A stretch of 61,430 nt of DNA, filler included, from Choristocarpus tenellus KU-1152 (Eukaryota; Protista; Phaeophyceae), in the NCBI GenBank assembly GCA_964200185.2. It is 7 parts of 7 records of this genome, joined end to end, with 100 filler letters (N's around TTAATTAATTAA, not from the genome) between each part and the next. Parts side by side here need not be neighbours in the genome. Positions count along the whole stretch, not along the records: positions 35,052 to 50,175 come from CAXNAD020001054.1; positions 50,276 to 58,220 come from CAXNAD020005355.1; 5 more parts are not named here. One strand, written 5' to 3'. The notes under the pieces were generated by a model. The model made no database searches, was not told the origin of the DNA, and saw only the letters and a program-made list of their open reading frames with translations. Numbering within the stretch: position 1 is the first letter of the stretch; the number at the start of each line of letters is the position of its first letter. Both the position numbers and the translations under genes were made by a program. This document shows positions 37,415-50,414 of this stretch, one piece after another.

Positions 37415-40400
37415 TTAAGACCACTGGGCGCCAGGTCGAGGTTGCTGACCAGCTGCCCAAGACGGGGCATTGCCAGCTGGAGGAGATGGTTGAAGTCCTC
37501 CAGAAGCTGCATTAGGGAGGCCATTGAGTGTGCTGAGGAAGGTCTCCAGCTCCTGTGAATGCCACATTGATCCGCAGAGTTGGAAGAAGGGTGTTGTCAG
37601 AAGGCAAGTGAATTTATATATAATGCTGTTGGAGAGGACTCACCAATAGCATTGAGTACTCTTTGTGATTTGAGATCATTTTTTTTTTTTAAGATATTTT
37701 TTTGTATGTAGCGGTGAGGAGTAACTTGCATGCTCACCTGTGTACGAGTGGACATTGCTTTGGGAAGTTCCCCTGTGATGGTCTGGGGCAGGTTGCGTGT
37801 GACACGCTCCATCTCCAGAATATGCATGGGTGTCTCTGGGTTATTCATATCAAAATCCACCTGTAGGCCGATTTGATACTTGTATTCACCTGCCACGAAA
37901 CATTGATAATGCCAAGAGGTGAGATTTTGTGTGCTTTGTGGGGTAGCTTTGTCGGGCCATGCACTGTCAATGAGAGAGGTAACTGGTGAGTGCTGCCTCA
38001 AAGAAGAGTGTGTGAACCCTAGTAAAAGTATCTGTAGATTAATCAGGAGAAGGAAAGAAGTTTGGGTTATGCAAGAACAGAGGAAGGCGTTGTTTGGCAC
38101 TGACTTCTTCAATAGGCCTTTGTCAGCTATGGCACTGCTTCCAGCAGGACGTTTTCTCCTCTTAAATTCCATCCCCCCATAGAGATGTCATTATTGTTGG
38201 GTACCAGGTGCCCGATGGTCTCACCATCTATGTTGAAAACAGGAGAAAGTCCCAGGAGGCATTGGAAAACGGAACCATCGGGCTTGTGATTCTGCAGCTT
38301 GCAGAAGAGTGGATCAGCATGGCGGAGGGCTTCCATGATCTCTTCCACCATGTAGCCTTCTGTCATTGGTCCCTGAAGGAACTTGCTGTTGCGACCAATG
38401 TTCTCCTTTCCGTATCCTGTCAAAACATGACCATACACAATTGAGTAGTGTTATAGTCAGTAGTACCCATGGCACTCTACCACGGAATTTTATTGCTATA
38501 TCGATACTTTGATGCACAGGTGGGTGCAGATGGATACTTCAAAAGTAGACTCTCATAGAGCGCACCAGTTTGGGTCATGAAGCCCTCATTGAGATAGGCA
38601 ATGGGGCATCCTGGCACAAACATGTCGACCACCACCATGCCGATGCGCAGGGTCTCTGACATGACCTTGACCATATCCATCCAATAGTTCGGATCATCAG
38701 GGTCCTAGACAAGAGACACATTAAATTGTGTACAAGGGTCATCAGAGGAAAGTGTGATTCATTCTCTGGCTTGGCACTTTGAGAGAGCAGCTCCTCTACT
38801 TCAGACCATAGAAGGCATTGCTCTCACCAGGCCGCATGAAACAGTCCTTACAGGAAGCTGCTCGCCATTCATCTCCCGCTGTTTGAGGCTGTAAACAAAC
38901 TCACGGCCCTGGTTGGAAGCCATGAATCGAGTGAAGCAATCTGACGAGAGGAAGTAGAGACTCATTTCCTGCCATCTGGTGAGGTAGGCAGCCGGAAAAA
39001 AAAAAAAAACAGAGGGAATTATGATGCAGATCTTGCCTGTACTTCTGGGACACAGGCAACCAAAATTGTTGCGCATATCGTTGCTCTTCAAAGCCGTTCA
39101 AGCCACTGAAATATTTTGGGAAGGGACGGAATTATGAATCTTTCCGTGAGTAGACAGAAACCTGCCTTCTATTTAGGTTTTTTGTTTGGGTTTGAAGCAG
39201 AGAAGCGAATGCCCCATCGAGAGGAGAGGACTGGTCCATCAACTTGCCTTGCCATTTCCTGTATGATAGGAGGCCAGCTTGTGCGGTTGAGATTCCCGAT
39301 GACTATCTCATTTGTGGTGCAATAGAAAAGGGCGTTCTTCCACATCCGCTTGTGAAGCTCCCTTGCAGCTTGCATCTGTGCAGGAGTTGTTCAGACGAAC
39401 GTCATCAGATGCGAATGCTTGAGCAATAATTGTGATTTTTTAACAAACCTTGGCTACTACAATTGATACATGGTTTGATAGTAGTAGGAACAAAACAAAT
39501 TTATCAAATCAAGGAAGAAGAAATGCCTCAAGATCTCACTCAATGCATGTTATGTATATGCCAATGACAAAGACTGTTGCTTACACAGAGAGTCATCTCA
39601 CACCTGTTGTGGACCCTGGGTCATGAGGATTTGCTGTGCCTCAACCCAGAATCTCAGGTGGGTCTGAGACATCTGTGATCCGAAAGCCTTGAGGAATGCA
39701 TCAAATGCCATGAAGCCAGCCTTCAGCAACCATGTCAAAGAGAGGAGCAAGAGATGGTTTCAGTCTGGTAGTGCACAAAAGCTTCAAACATGACAAGAAA
39801 ATGTTTGGTTTAAACTGTAGAATGATTCCCTTGTGTGTTTTAGTGCATCTCCTTCCATGACAAGTCTCACCTGGTCCATAAGCATGCAGCGAAGAGCGTT
39901 TAGAGGGTCTTGCAGCCACATGATCTTTGTGAAGGCAAATACTGTACCATCATAGTTCACTGCATTCTGTGGCATCATCCTGAAATTGGGGGAAAAGACA
40001 ACACTGAAGTGAATAATAGTTTCTACCATTGAAGAGTCAGAGCAACTGATATCTTGAAAAAGGAAACTGGCAGGAGTCAGACCGGAGCACTAAATGGTGC
40101 ATGCTAAGTGGAAAGCAGTATACCCGGGTACTGCTGCCTTCTTTTTCTTCTTGAACTTCCCCTTTGGCCGAGAGCCACCAGCAGCCGCCTCTTGCTCTTC
40201 TCTCTGTCGTGATTGTTTAGAGGGAAAACATTAAATGAGTGTGCATCTGTTGTTGATATGTGTTGATCCATTTGCTTGTGGCCTCGGGCTAATAATAGTT
40301 TGTAATTCCTTGTTAACTTTGCAAGGAGACAGCAGACAATATTTCCCACACTTCAATTTTTCAAGAAACACAAAAGTTTCAGCAATATCCCAACCAACAC

Positions 40401-43400
40401 CCTCACATGACTCAAAGCAAAATTCTTTATAGTGTGCCCTTTTATGATTGAAGTGAGGAGAGCAAAACCCTGGGCCCCTGACAAATCACCTGTTCTCCAG
40501 CATTGAGGATCTGCTCCTTTGCTCCAATCATTGTGTTTGCCTCGCCAGTGGTTTTGGCTGCTAGTGCACCACGAGCCTGAGCTGACGCCTTTGACTTGAG
40601 GTTCAGGCGACTGGGCAGCAGGCGCAGGAGCTTGTCCAGCTGAACCAGACGCTTCTTCAGTCCCTTATCCTGGAGAATCTCAAACTGTACACCAATCACA
40701 TATCGGTAGATATTGTCACCATCGAACACCGGCTTCATTGAGAGCAAGTTTTGAAACTTCTCACCATTCTTGCGGTAATTGGTGAGCTTCACGTGACAGT
40801 CCTGCCCCTTAGCAAGGGTGTTGCGGATCACTGCAATGGACTCAGGCTCTGTGTCTGGACCTTGAAGGAAACGGCAGTTACGTCCCACTGCCTCCTCCTT
40901 TGTGTACCCGGTAGTTTTGGTGAACTCGCCATTGATGTACACCATGGGGGCACCAGGGATGGTCATGTCGGAGATGACGATGCATGCAGGGAAAGATTCA
41001 GCAGAGGATATGAACATGTTGAGCCAATCATCAGCATCCTGTGGCATGCTGTTCCCAGCAGTGTTGATGGCACCCTCAAGTGCTGCCACCTAATGTGCAG
41101 GTAGTGATGATACCAAGTGTGTGTAGTAGGAAGGGATCGGGTTAGATTTGACAATAAAAATAGTATTTCTACCATTTGAGAGGTGAGTAGTAAGATCAGT
41201 GCTTCCAGGCTGACCCATTCAACAGTCCATAAGCTTACTTCAAATCCAAATTCTCACCTGGATCTCCGAAATATGATATCATGGTGGGTTCCAAAATCAA
41301 TATACATACATAATACATATATGTACATAACACAGAACGCCTCCTAGAGGTTGACTCAACTGTGATCCAGCGTTTGAATCTAATGTTGCAATACGCCTTT
41401 TTCGGTAAGATGGACACACATTCTGTCCCTTTTCATGCCCTTCACGTAATCAATTTAGACATTATCTTAAAAACCTGGTAATGGAAGTCAGAAAAACAAC
41501 ATGACACAACTGGGTACCACATGCGCAGAAGATCTTTGGTCCCGGCAGGATATATATATGCCCATCATAAATTGAACTTCTTTCTCTTTTGTCCATGTGA
41601 CCATTTTTCAGGAAGCAGTCATATTTTTGCCAGACAGAGATCTCACAGTACTGGTGCAACCGAAGAAGAGTCGTGTGCAAAATCATCTCAAAAATCCGAT
41701 TTTTTTTAACCCTTGCAGCTAGCGGTTAATGAATTATATACTTGAGATATTAGCAGCAAATAAAAAGAAGCTATCACTGCCAGGAGACCAGTGGTAGGTT
41801 TAATGCAAATATCTCATCATGCCATTGAATTGCCCTAGTCCCATGCAGGGAGCATCTGAACAACCTCAGTGCATTTTTTCAATTATGGTTGTCAAGAAAC
41901 CTTGCTCAACCAAATCTCAGGTGTATTGACCGTAATGGCATGTAGTGGCATTCTTGAATTTGGCATGAATACTTCAGAGTGCAGCATGTCTTGTGGTGGT
42001 TGGGAACACAAACCTCGCCAGGGTTGGATTTTTTTTGTAGCTCTTCCATGACCGCATTGCAGTACTTGGACTTGAGGAAACGGGGGAAGGCATCAAATGC
42101 CAGCATGTTGAGTGTCTTGTCGGCTTCATCGGTCACTGTAGCCACCGCATCTGATCCACTCAGCTGTTCCCCAGCCTGCTGGTTGCATGAGTCCCAGAGG
42201 TCCTGGGTCCCCTTGGTGCGTTCTTGGGCCCCAATTCCAGACCCTTGGGCAGAACAGAACTGACTGTAAATCTTGACAGCCATGTCTTGCTGGGCCTTTC
42301 CTTCAAGTTGGATCATCTTCTGGGCTTCAAGGAAGAACTCCAGCTGTGCATCACCATACTCAGTGCCCAGGAAGGCAAGCATCTGTCGCTGTGCCACCTG
42401 AGGTTTCGGACAGGTCCAATAGATCAGAAGGGTTAGGTTAAGAGGAGAGCTTAAGGAGACCACAGATGGGGCAAACTCGAAATTGGAGCATGTTGACCAT
42501 GCAAAGAAGGATGTGGATTAGATCAAAGTGTTTAGGAAGATGATCCAGCTGGTGGGCATGCTTCCCCAAGACAATTCAAAACAGTTTACAGAGTCCCTTT
42601 GTACTTTAAAGCAAAATGCAGTAGTTACTACCCCAGAGAATAATTCAATTAAATGTGTGGGTAGTTTAGTGGTACATAGAGTATACTGTAAGTTAGGGGG
42701 ATGAGGACAGGAGGAGGAGTAGTGTGGTGCAATTCACCTCACTCTTGAGAAGATTCCGGAGGGAAGACCCAGCGTCCTGCATCCAAAGAGACTTGGTGAA
42801 ATCGAGCATGGCCGACTTATGCTTCTTACCAAACTTCTTGCCATAGTGGGTCTTGTTCTTTTTCCCTCCAACTGTGATATCTGACTTGATCTGGTCACCA
42901 ACTTCCTGGTCCTTACCACCCCCCGCAGAAGGCATGCCTGGAGGCATCCCAGGCATAGCAGGCATACCAACTGGCCCAGTGGAAGGAATAGCGGACATGT
43001 CCATTACACGGGGAAGCAGGTTTGCATCCCCTGTGTAGTCTACTGGTAGAAGGCGCTGGGAGTCCTGTTAAGTTCAACAAACATAGGTGGAAATGCAGGG
43101 CTGTGGTGGAGAATAAACTAAGTCTAACTCCAGTAAATATATACACTTTGGAGTATGGACATGTATTGAAGTCCAGATCACAGTAGTATCACATATGTCA
43201 GATCAGGTACATGAAACGTCTATCAAGCAACACCTACCATAAGAGATAGTACTATATTTATGTCCTACCTCAGGATCATCACCAGTGATGGTTGAGGGCA
43301 GGAGGCGAAGGATGCGCTCCATCTCTATGATCTGGTTCATTATTGTTGGAGAGGACTGAAGCTCCACCTCCATGCCGATCTGTTAAAGTTGATGGGGATA

Positions 43401-46400
43401 GAGTCATGGCTCCTAATTGGTCTGTAAGAATTGCACCAGCTTCTTGAAACAACTGTTTCCATGCTTGACTGAATGAAGACCACTACAAGACCTGAACCGA
43501 ACTCTTCATCTCTTGAACAGGAACGCTACTCTGGAATACTTGATGCACTTGGGACTTTCCTTACTTTAGTGAGGGGAGGAAGAAATAGAGTGAGGTATCA
43601 CTGACCTGGTAGAGGTATTCCCCCTCGGTGCCATTGACAGGGTGTAGGCACAGCAAACATTGGAACTTGCGTCCATCTGCCTTGTGGTTGTGAAGCTTGC
43701 ACATCAAGGGCTCATGCTGCTGCAGTGCATGCATGATCTCCTCAACCATGTAGCCCTCCGTCTCTGGTCCCTGGAGGAACTTAGAGTTGCGCCCAATATT
43801 CTCCTTTCCATAGCCTGCCAGAAGAATATGTGAGGGGTGAAAATGGGCAAAACAGCTGCAAGAACTGGCGATGAGGAAAAACGTCCCAGTGAAGTGCTAC
43901 ACGTTTTTTAATTGGGGGTGTTATCATGAACAGAACCGAGTACCAGAGTAACTACTATGGAAATTGTTATCATGGGGAAGACACTAGGGCTCGAAACAAG
44001 GTTCAGTTGTTCATATGCAAAATTAGAGGGTGCATTGCCTACAATAGTTTTACCTGTAACCTGTTTGAAGCCCTCATTTATGTAGGCAAGGGGGCAGCCT
44101 GGAACATTCATGTCGGCCACTACCATTCCAACTGAGGCAGTCTCTGACATGGTCTTGAACATCTCCAACCAGAACTGGGAAGATTGTACATTCTTGCCTG
44201 CAGCGACTGTGTTAACGACAACCTAGAGGTCATGAAAGCATCAGGAAACACTTGGGATCAGATACAACATACTAGTGGACAAATCTGCCTTGTGAATCTG
44301 TGTGACATGGACACACACACACATAGCCATGGCACCTAAGTTTACAGGACCCCATCTAACAATTCCCTCCTACAAGAAAGTTGATGTATGTATATATGTG
44401 TGTGTGCATGTGTTTTGGAGTGCGTACCTGCTCCCCAGCCATCTCTCTGGCTCGCAGTTGTTTGATGCACAGATGTCCAAACCTGGAGTTAAGGAAGCGT
44501 GGAAACATCTCTGTACTGAGATAGTAGAGAGACTGCTGAGCCTTGGCCTCAATCTGTGTAGGAGGAGAAGAGCAGCAAGAACCTCAGGCAGAAGAATTGT
44601 CAGGTGTCAGGTTTTGAACAGATTTTGGGTAGATGGTGGTCGGAGGGAATATCCCTGTGGTATCTCTTCGAGCATGTGAGACTGCGTTGGATTATATACT
44701 TGCAAAGCTTAAACTTCTCCTCACCTCCGCATGTAAGGGGGCCATATCAGTCTTGCCCATCTGTCCCACAACTACTTCATTGTTGGTGCAGTAGAAGAGC
44801 TGGTTGTGGTCCATGACGCGATGCATGCGCTTAGATACGCGGTTCCTCTCACCTGGGGGGGTGTTACGGATAATCTCGGACTGCCACAACAAACGGAATA
44901 CCATTTCCCCACAAGATTTGTGAGAGGGGATGAGTGGGAACAGAGCCAGGCACAGAGTTGTCAGAGATGGAGCACAGGAGCTGAAGGCTAGTGCATAAGC
45001 GAGGCTCAATCCCTCTTTCCTTGGAAATTTTGTCTAGCATGATAATGAGGCATTACAAATGAGGTCTCATGTCTGACTCTCTAACTCTTGTTGCAAGATC
45101 GAATTCACTAGTTAAGGGTCACCTGGACGTAAAACTCGAAGTGTCCCTCAAGAACGACAGAACAAGTCTTGGAAAACTCGGTGAGGATTTTCCGTGTGTG
45201 GTTGTCTGCCACGAGAGCTGCCAGTGTAGGCATGGCATTGTTGAGCCACATGATCTTGGTGAAGGCAAAAATAGTGTTGTCAAAGTTAAGATTTGCACAG
45301 TCCAGGTTGACCTGTGGCAAAGAAGTGAGGAGATGGGGATCCAAGGAGGTCACAATACAGCAAGGGTGTTGATTTGATTTAGGTGATGGGAATGCTGCTT
45401 GAGTCAATAAATAGGCAAAGAAAAAAATTAGCATTTAAGAATGGGAGGCATCTTGTTGGTGTACCTCGTCTTCAAGCATTGCCCTGGGGCCAGCTGCTGA
45501 GACGTCCCCTTCTTGTGCCTCTTTTGATACAATAGCTTCCTTGTCATTGATGGCAGTGTTTGCCTGGAGAACTCACACATGATGATGACATATACACCAC
45601 AAACAAGAAGGGGAAGTGTATTAGAAGAGGAAGTAATCGAGAAGTTAGAGGTGTCATTCAGAATTGGTATGAAGCAGGACAGTTAGTGTCAATCAACAAC
45701 ATTGATGACATCATGGGTTACATATAGTTCACAAAGAGTGAGCTTGATGTACATCTGTGAGTGTAATCATGCGAGTTCACAAGTACGCTGGTGATTACAT
45801 GCCCTGGTCTCACCAAACAGCACGAAGACATAGCAACTAATGAATAAACAATGTTGGAACATACTTGCAATATGGTCAGCATCAGCAAACTATGAACACA
45901 TACCAACTGGTATACTGTGCACTATTGTCCATGTTGCAAATAAACTGTAGTGAAGCCTACTTCTTATATAAATTATGTGCTATACATTTGTGGGATCTGA
46001 AGAAAGCAAACATGTCATTGGGGGACACACACCTCGCCCGTTGTCTTCGAAGCCATCTTGCCACGCATCCTAGCCTTTGCTTTTGACTTGAGGTTCAGTC
46101 GGCTTGGCAGCAGGCGCAGGAGCTTGTCAAGCTGAACCAGACGCTTCTTCAGGCCTTGGTCCTGGAGAATCTCAAACTGTACACCAATCACATATCGGTA
46201 GATGTCGTCTGCATCAAACACTGGCTTCATTGAGAGCAAGTTTTGGAACTTCTCACCATTCTTGCGATAATTGGTGAGCTTCACGTGACAGTCCTGTCCC
46301 TTAGCAAGGGTGTTGCGGATCACTGCAATGGACTCAGGCTCTGTGTCTGGACCCTGAAGGAAACGGCAGTTACGCCCCACTGCCTCCTCCTTTGTGTAAC

Positions 46401-48686
46401 CTGTTGTCCTAGTGAACTCATCGTTAATGAACACCATGGGGGCACCAGGGATGGTCATGTCGGAGATGACGATGCATGCAGGGAAAGATTCAGCTGTTGA
46501 AACGAACATGTTGAGCCACTCATCCGCATCACTTGGCTGCTTAGACCCGGTGTTGATGGCACCCTCAAATGCTGCAACCTGATCAGATGATGTTTCAGGC
46601 ATATTTTGTTGTTGATCACTTTGGGTGACATTGATTGCAACAAATTCAGTAGTGAAATCTGCATCAACAGTACACCAAAAAGATGCTATCAAGTGTGTAA
46701 CGAGACAAATTAAAAAGACCGGCCACATAAGCAACCCATCACCAAGGCGCCTGGTGCTGACCTCATTGGGATTGGAGGACTTCTTGACATCTTCAAGCAC
46801 AGCATTGCAATACTTTGACTTGAGGAAACGGGGGAAGGCATCGAAGGCAAGCATCCCAAGCGTAGTTTCCGCTTCCTCTTGAACCTTCTGAATTGCCATT
46901 CCTGGTTCCACAGAGTCACCCTAAATATTGCAGAAAGAGGTGGACAGGACGCAATAAAGAATATGAGTGTCATCAATGTAAGGCAATTCTGACCAAACAC
47001 TACAGAGTGCAGACATCCTTCGAAATTAAGGTTATTGGGGGCATGGAGAGGTAGCAAGGTATTTGATACAGTGCACATATAGAAGTGTCCGCATGAAATC
47101 TATATCCTGGATATGAATGGATGAATACCTCGTTTATGAATGGCTGTGCTGGTGTGCTTAGATATGAGAACAAGGATAGCAGATTCAGAATAATTAAACA
47201 TCATGTGAGGAGAGAGGAGAAGTGGTGCTTGGTTTACCTGGGAACTGTTGGCATAGTCCCACAGCTGCTGAGTACCTTTTGTTCGTTCCTGCTGCCCAAT
47301 ACCTGATCCCTGAGCCTGTACAAAACCCTTGTAGACCTGTTTGAGGCAGACAAAAGTAGGAATGTGGGGTGTCTTGTCTGGGTGCAAGAAGAAAGCCTCT
47401 ATATCTCCCTCAAAGGGGAGTTGTTATGGAAAGGGGAAAGTTGGCCTTTATCCCGCTGATTTTGTGGGCAACCATGTGAGGCTTAAATTTGTGACACAAT
47501 GGTCGAAAAGCTTACCCGAACGGCCTCTTGCTGCTGCTGATCTGGAGGTAACTTTTCAAGCTTCATGGCTTCAAGCAAAAATTCCAGCTGTGCTTCACCA
47601 TACTCTGTAGCAAGGAACTCCCTGAACTTGACCTATCATCATGGAATCGTCGTTAGAGTTTCACATGTCATCAATTACTTAACATGTTGCTGTTGTGGTG
47701 TATGAATCCTCGTTTGAGCAAGGAACTCTGAACCATGATCTCTCCTCTATTCCTTTGATCAGATCCTGCACACTTCGCTCAGCAGATGGCACGCAGGAAC
47801 TGAATGTTGTAGTGAAGGAAGCACTTTGTAAGACCTAGGAGAAGGGTTGAGCCCCAAATAATTGGGATAGGATAAAGAGCCAAACCAATTGAGAGGTGGC
47901 AGGTTTGGAACCTCTTGCATTCCAAGCCATCTTTCTTGCCCTTTGAAATGGCTCAAATTATATGGGGGGAGGGGTGGCAGCTGTCCATTCGAGGTCCACT
48001 TTTCCATGTCACGATTTTTGGGTGTTTTGGTTGCATGCGTCGGATGGATATTTCAAGTTCACTTCTCCTGGTCAGAGTCCGAATGGACACACTGGTGTAG
48101 ACCCCCCACCCCACCCCAGATACTTCGAGTCTAATGCACTGTTTCGTTGCTTTATTTATGTGCACTATAGCGTAGGCAAAATTGATATTCTCACTTTCCA
48201 CATACAAAATGACTCCCCAATTCAGCAAACGCTCTGTCTTCAGTTGTACAAAATTGTAACTTCTGACCCTTCCTTGGGGTCTTAAAATTCAACCTTGCCA
48301 CCTCTCTGTTGGTTTGGCTCAAATGAGGTCATACATCTTTTGTTTTCGTCGCCCCTTTGTGATTTTCTTGATTCAGTCAACCGCAGAATGGAAAATACGG
48401 ACGGGGTCGTGGGCATCGTAAAAGTATCGAGATGATCTCCCGGGGGGAATTGGTAACGCTGTTGAAGCACACGTGCTGTGGAAATACTTACCTGCGCGAC
48501 CTCGTTCTTGAGCAGGTTGCGGAGTGACGTTGTGGCATCCTGCATCCACAATGTCTTCGTAAACTCCATCATGGCCGAGGCATGCTTCTTGCCAAACTTT
48601 CTGCCATACTGATCACGACCTTTTCCACCACCAGTCTGTACATCCCCATCCGGGTGATGCTTGTTGGTCTTCTTCTTAGGTGCCAT
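37415..48686 (-). CDS. Helmchrome: putative blue-light receptor with (RGS-LOV-RGS-LOV)x2, ~1562 aa, 24 exons (48686-48492, 47632-47516, 47336-47238, 46920-46762, 46578-46033, 45563-45465, 45311-45123, 44880-44725, 44553-44428, 44222-44054, 43814-43606, 43379-43269, 43064-42738, 42397-42014, 41089-40490, 40203-40124, 39979-39871, 39720-39604, 39375-39248, 38975-38828, 38704-38566, 38416-38225, 37889-37738, 37552-37415)
   Basis: Four LOV/PAS cores (GRNCRFLQG twice, GRNSKFLQG twice), each preceded by an RGS-like unit (e.g. FREFLATEYGEAQLEF...LAFDAFPRFLKS; EMFPRFLNS; DCFTRFMAS). Exon phases chain from MAPKKK to a TAA. The architecture matches helmchrome described from stramenopile flagella. Confidence 0.92.
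47950..48131. mobile_element. Tourist-like MITE copy in helmchrome intron 1
   Basis: Collinear with 31330-31504: GGCTCAAA.TAT.TGGGG...CCCCAGATACTTCGAGTC followed by TAA. Confidence 0.85.
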
Positions 48687-49699
48687 GGTCTTCTGGACTT
48701 TGGTACACACAGATACAGCTGGAAAGAAGAAGCTGACTCAAGGTGAATTTCTTGTCTAGACTTTGTTGAACCTCAGCTTCGTACCACCTCTTATGGAAAG
48801 ATTGTCCACGACGAGATTCTTCTTATCTGGGGGGCTTCTCTTGGGATTTACCAGGGAGAACGAGGTCAGCCTTGTCGTGAGTAACAACGTTTCATACATA
48901 ACCACAAAACCGTTCTGTCTGATTGGCTAATTGAACCGAAATACGAAACATACGACATGCATGATCTTTACACATACACCTTTTAAAATTACAAATAATA
49001 TAGAAAGTTCGTTCTTATTCCTTGTACATATTATATTGCAAAGATAACAGCACCCCCTCGAATAATCTACAAAAATACCTACATAGGCCTCATCCATCCG
49101 AACACCTCTTCAACGCCACAATTGTCGCGTTCCTTTTTTTTGTATTGTCATTAAAATAAAAAACATATCGACACTTTATCCCAGTCAATTTTGGGTCAAG
49201 CCTATCCTCAATGAAAAGCTCCATCCTCAATTTTTGAAATCGGCTGTTTAATATACATTCCTCCATTATTGAGTGGTCTAATTGTCCGTTCGTCTCGATA
49301 ATTTTTTCATCTCCTCGTCTCTGTTGCTGATTTCATTAATGGATATCGGTAACTATCATACGACAACCTCGTTACGAACCTGTACAAAATTATCAAGAAT
49401 AATAATTATCTGACGAAAGTCGATAAATTTTTTTTAACGCAAATAATTATATACTTCTGAACAGGATCCAGTTTGACTCCTATGGGCGCAACTGACCAAC
49501 CTCCTATACCATGTAGAACAAGGGGAGAGAGGGTTCTTCTCTAACCCGGGCCCGCCAGAGCTAGTGTGGATAAGGGGTCAATGCATGGGCCTCCACACAA
49601 TCCCTGGAATCAGCACGCTAGATCCCTCCCACAGAGTTTAGACTCACTGGCAGCAGATCTCTTGGGAAGAAGAGGCCCTATCCAACAGGTGCATGGTGA

Positions 49700-49993
49700 C
49701 TGGGTGCAGGAGATGTAATGTTGACACCCGACATCTTTTAAACCTACCCTAGGGTGGGAGGACAGGTGCGCCAGCACACGCTGATTGTTAAACATCTAGG
49801 CCAACTCTGCAAGGTAATGGGCATCCCTCACACTAAGGAGGATGGTAGCCCATTCACAGTGGTCTGGAAGTTCTGCATGGATATGATCTTCTATGTTGGG
49901 GCAATTGCGGATGCTGGCTTGGCTCTATTGAACTCTCCCTCACTGGACCCGCGGCTTTTATGGTGCTTTAAAGAAGGACAAAGAACAGCTTGA
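49700..49993 (+). mobile_element. Possible non-LTR retrotransposon C-terminal (restriction-like endonuclease) relic
   Basis: HTLIVKHLGQLCKVMGIPHTKEDGSPF...MDMIF resembles the H...E.......(R)xD region of RLE-clade LINEs; disrupted. Confidence 0.35.
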
Positions 49994-50175
49994 TGTAGAT
50001 GAGTAAGGTTAATATTACAGGGGTCTTGTGGTCTCGATTCCGCTGACTGAAAACGTGGGCAAGACTAATGCAGCCTACCATGTGGGATTTTCAACGTCCA
50101 CATGGATAATCAGAAAATAATCATATCTACTTATCATACGTGCCATATATGATATATCAACTGATGATCCAATAT

Positions 50176-50275
50176 NNNNNNNNNNNNNNNNNNNNNNNNN
50201 NNNNNNNNNNNNNNNNNNNTTAATTAATTAANNNNNNNNNNNNNNNNNNNNNNNNNNNNNNNNNNNNNNNNNNNN
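50176..50275. other. Artificial contig spacer
   Basis: N-run with TTAATTAATTAA at 50220-50231. Confidence 0.97.
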
Positions 50276-50414
50276 GTGTCCATTTGGGTCAAAATCAGGA
50301 AAAGTGCATTTACAATAAACATCCGACGTATGCAATCAAATCACCCAAAAATCGTGACATGAAAAAATTGACCTCAAATGGACAGCCGCCACCCCCTCAC
50401 AGATACTTTCAGCC
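50276..50414. mobile_element. Partial Tourist-like MITE copy (opposite orientation) cut by the contig start
   Basis: Reverse-complement match to 31330-31504, ending ...CAGATACTTTCAGCC. Confidence 0.8.

Noticed and set aside
40751-46500. Near-identical plus-strand ORFs 40751-41104 and 46243-46500
   Set aside because: They are antisense shadows of the duplicated LOV exons.
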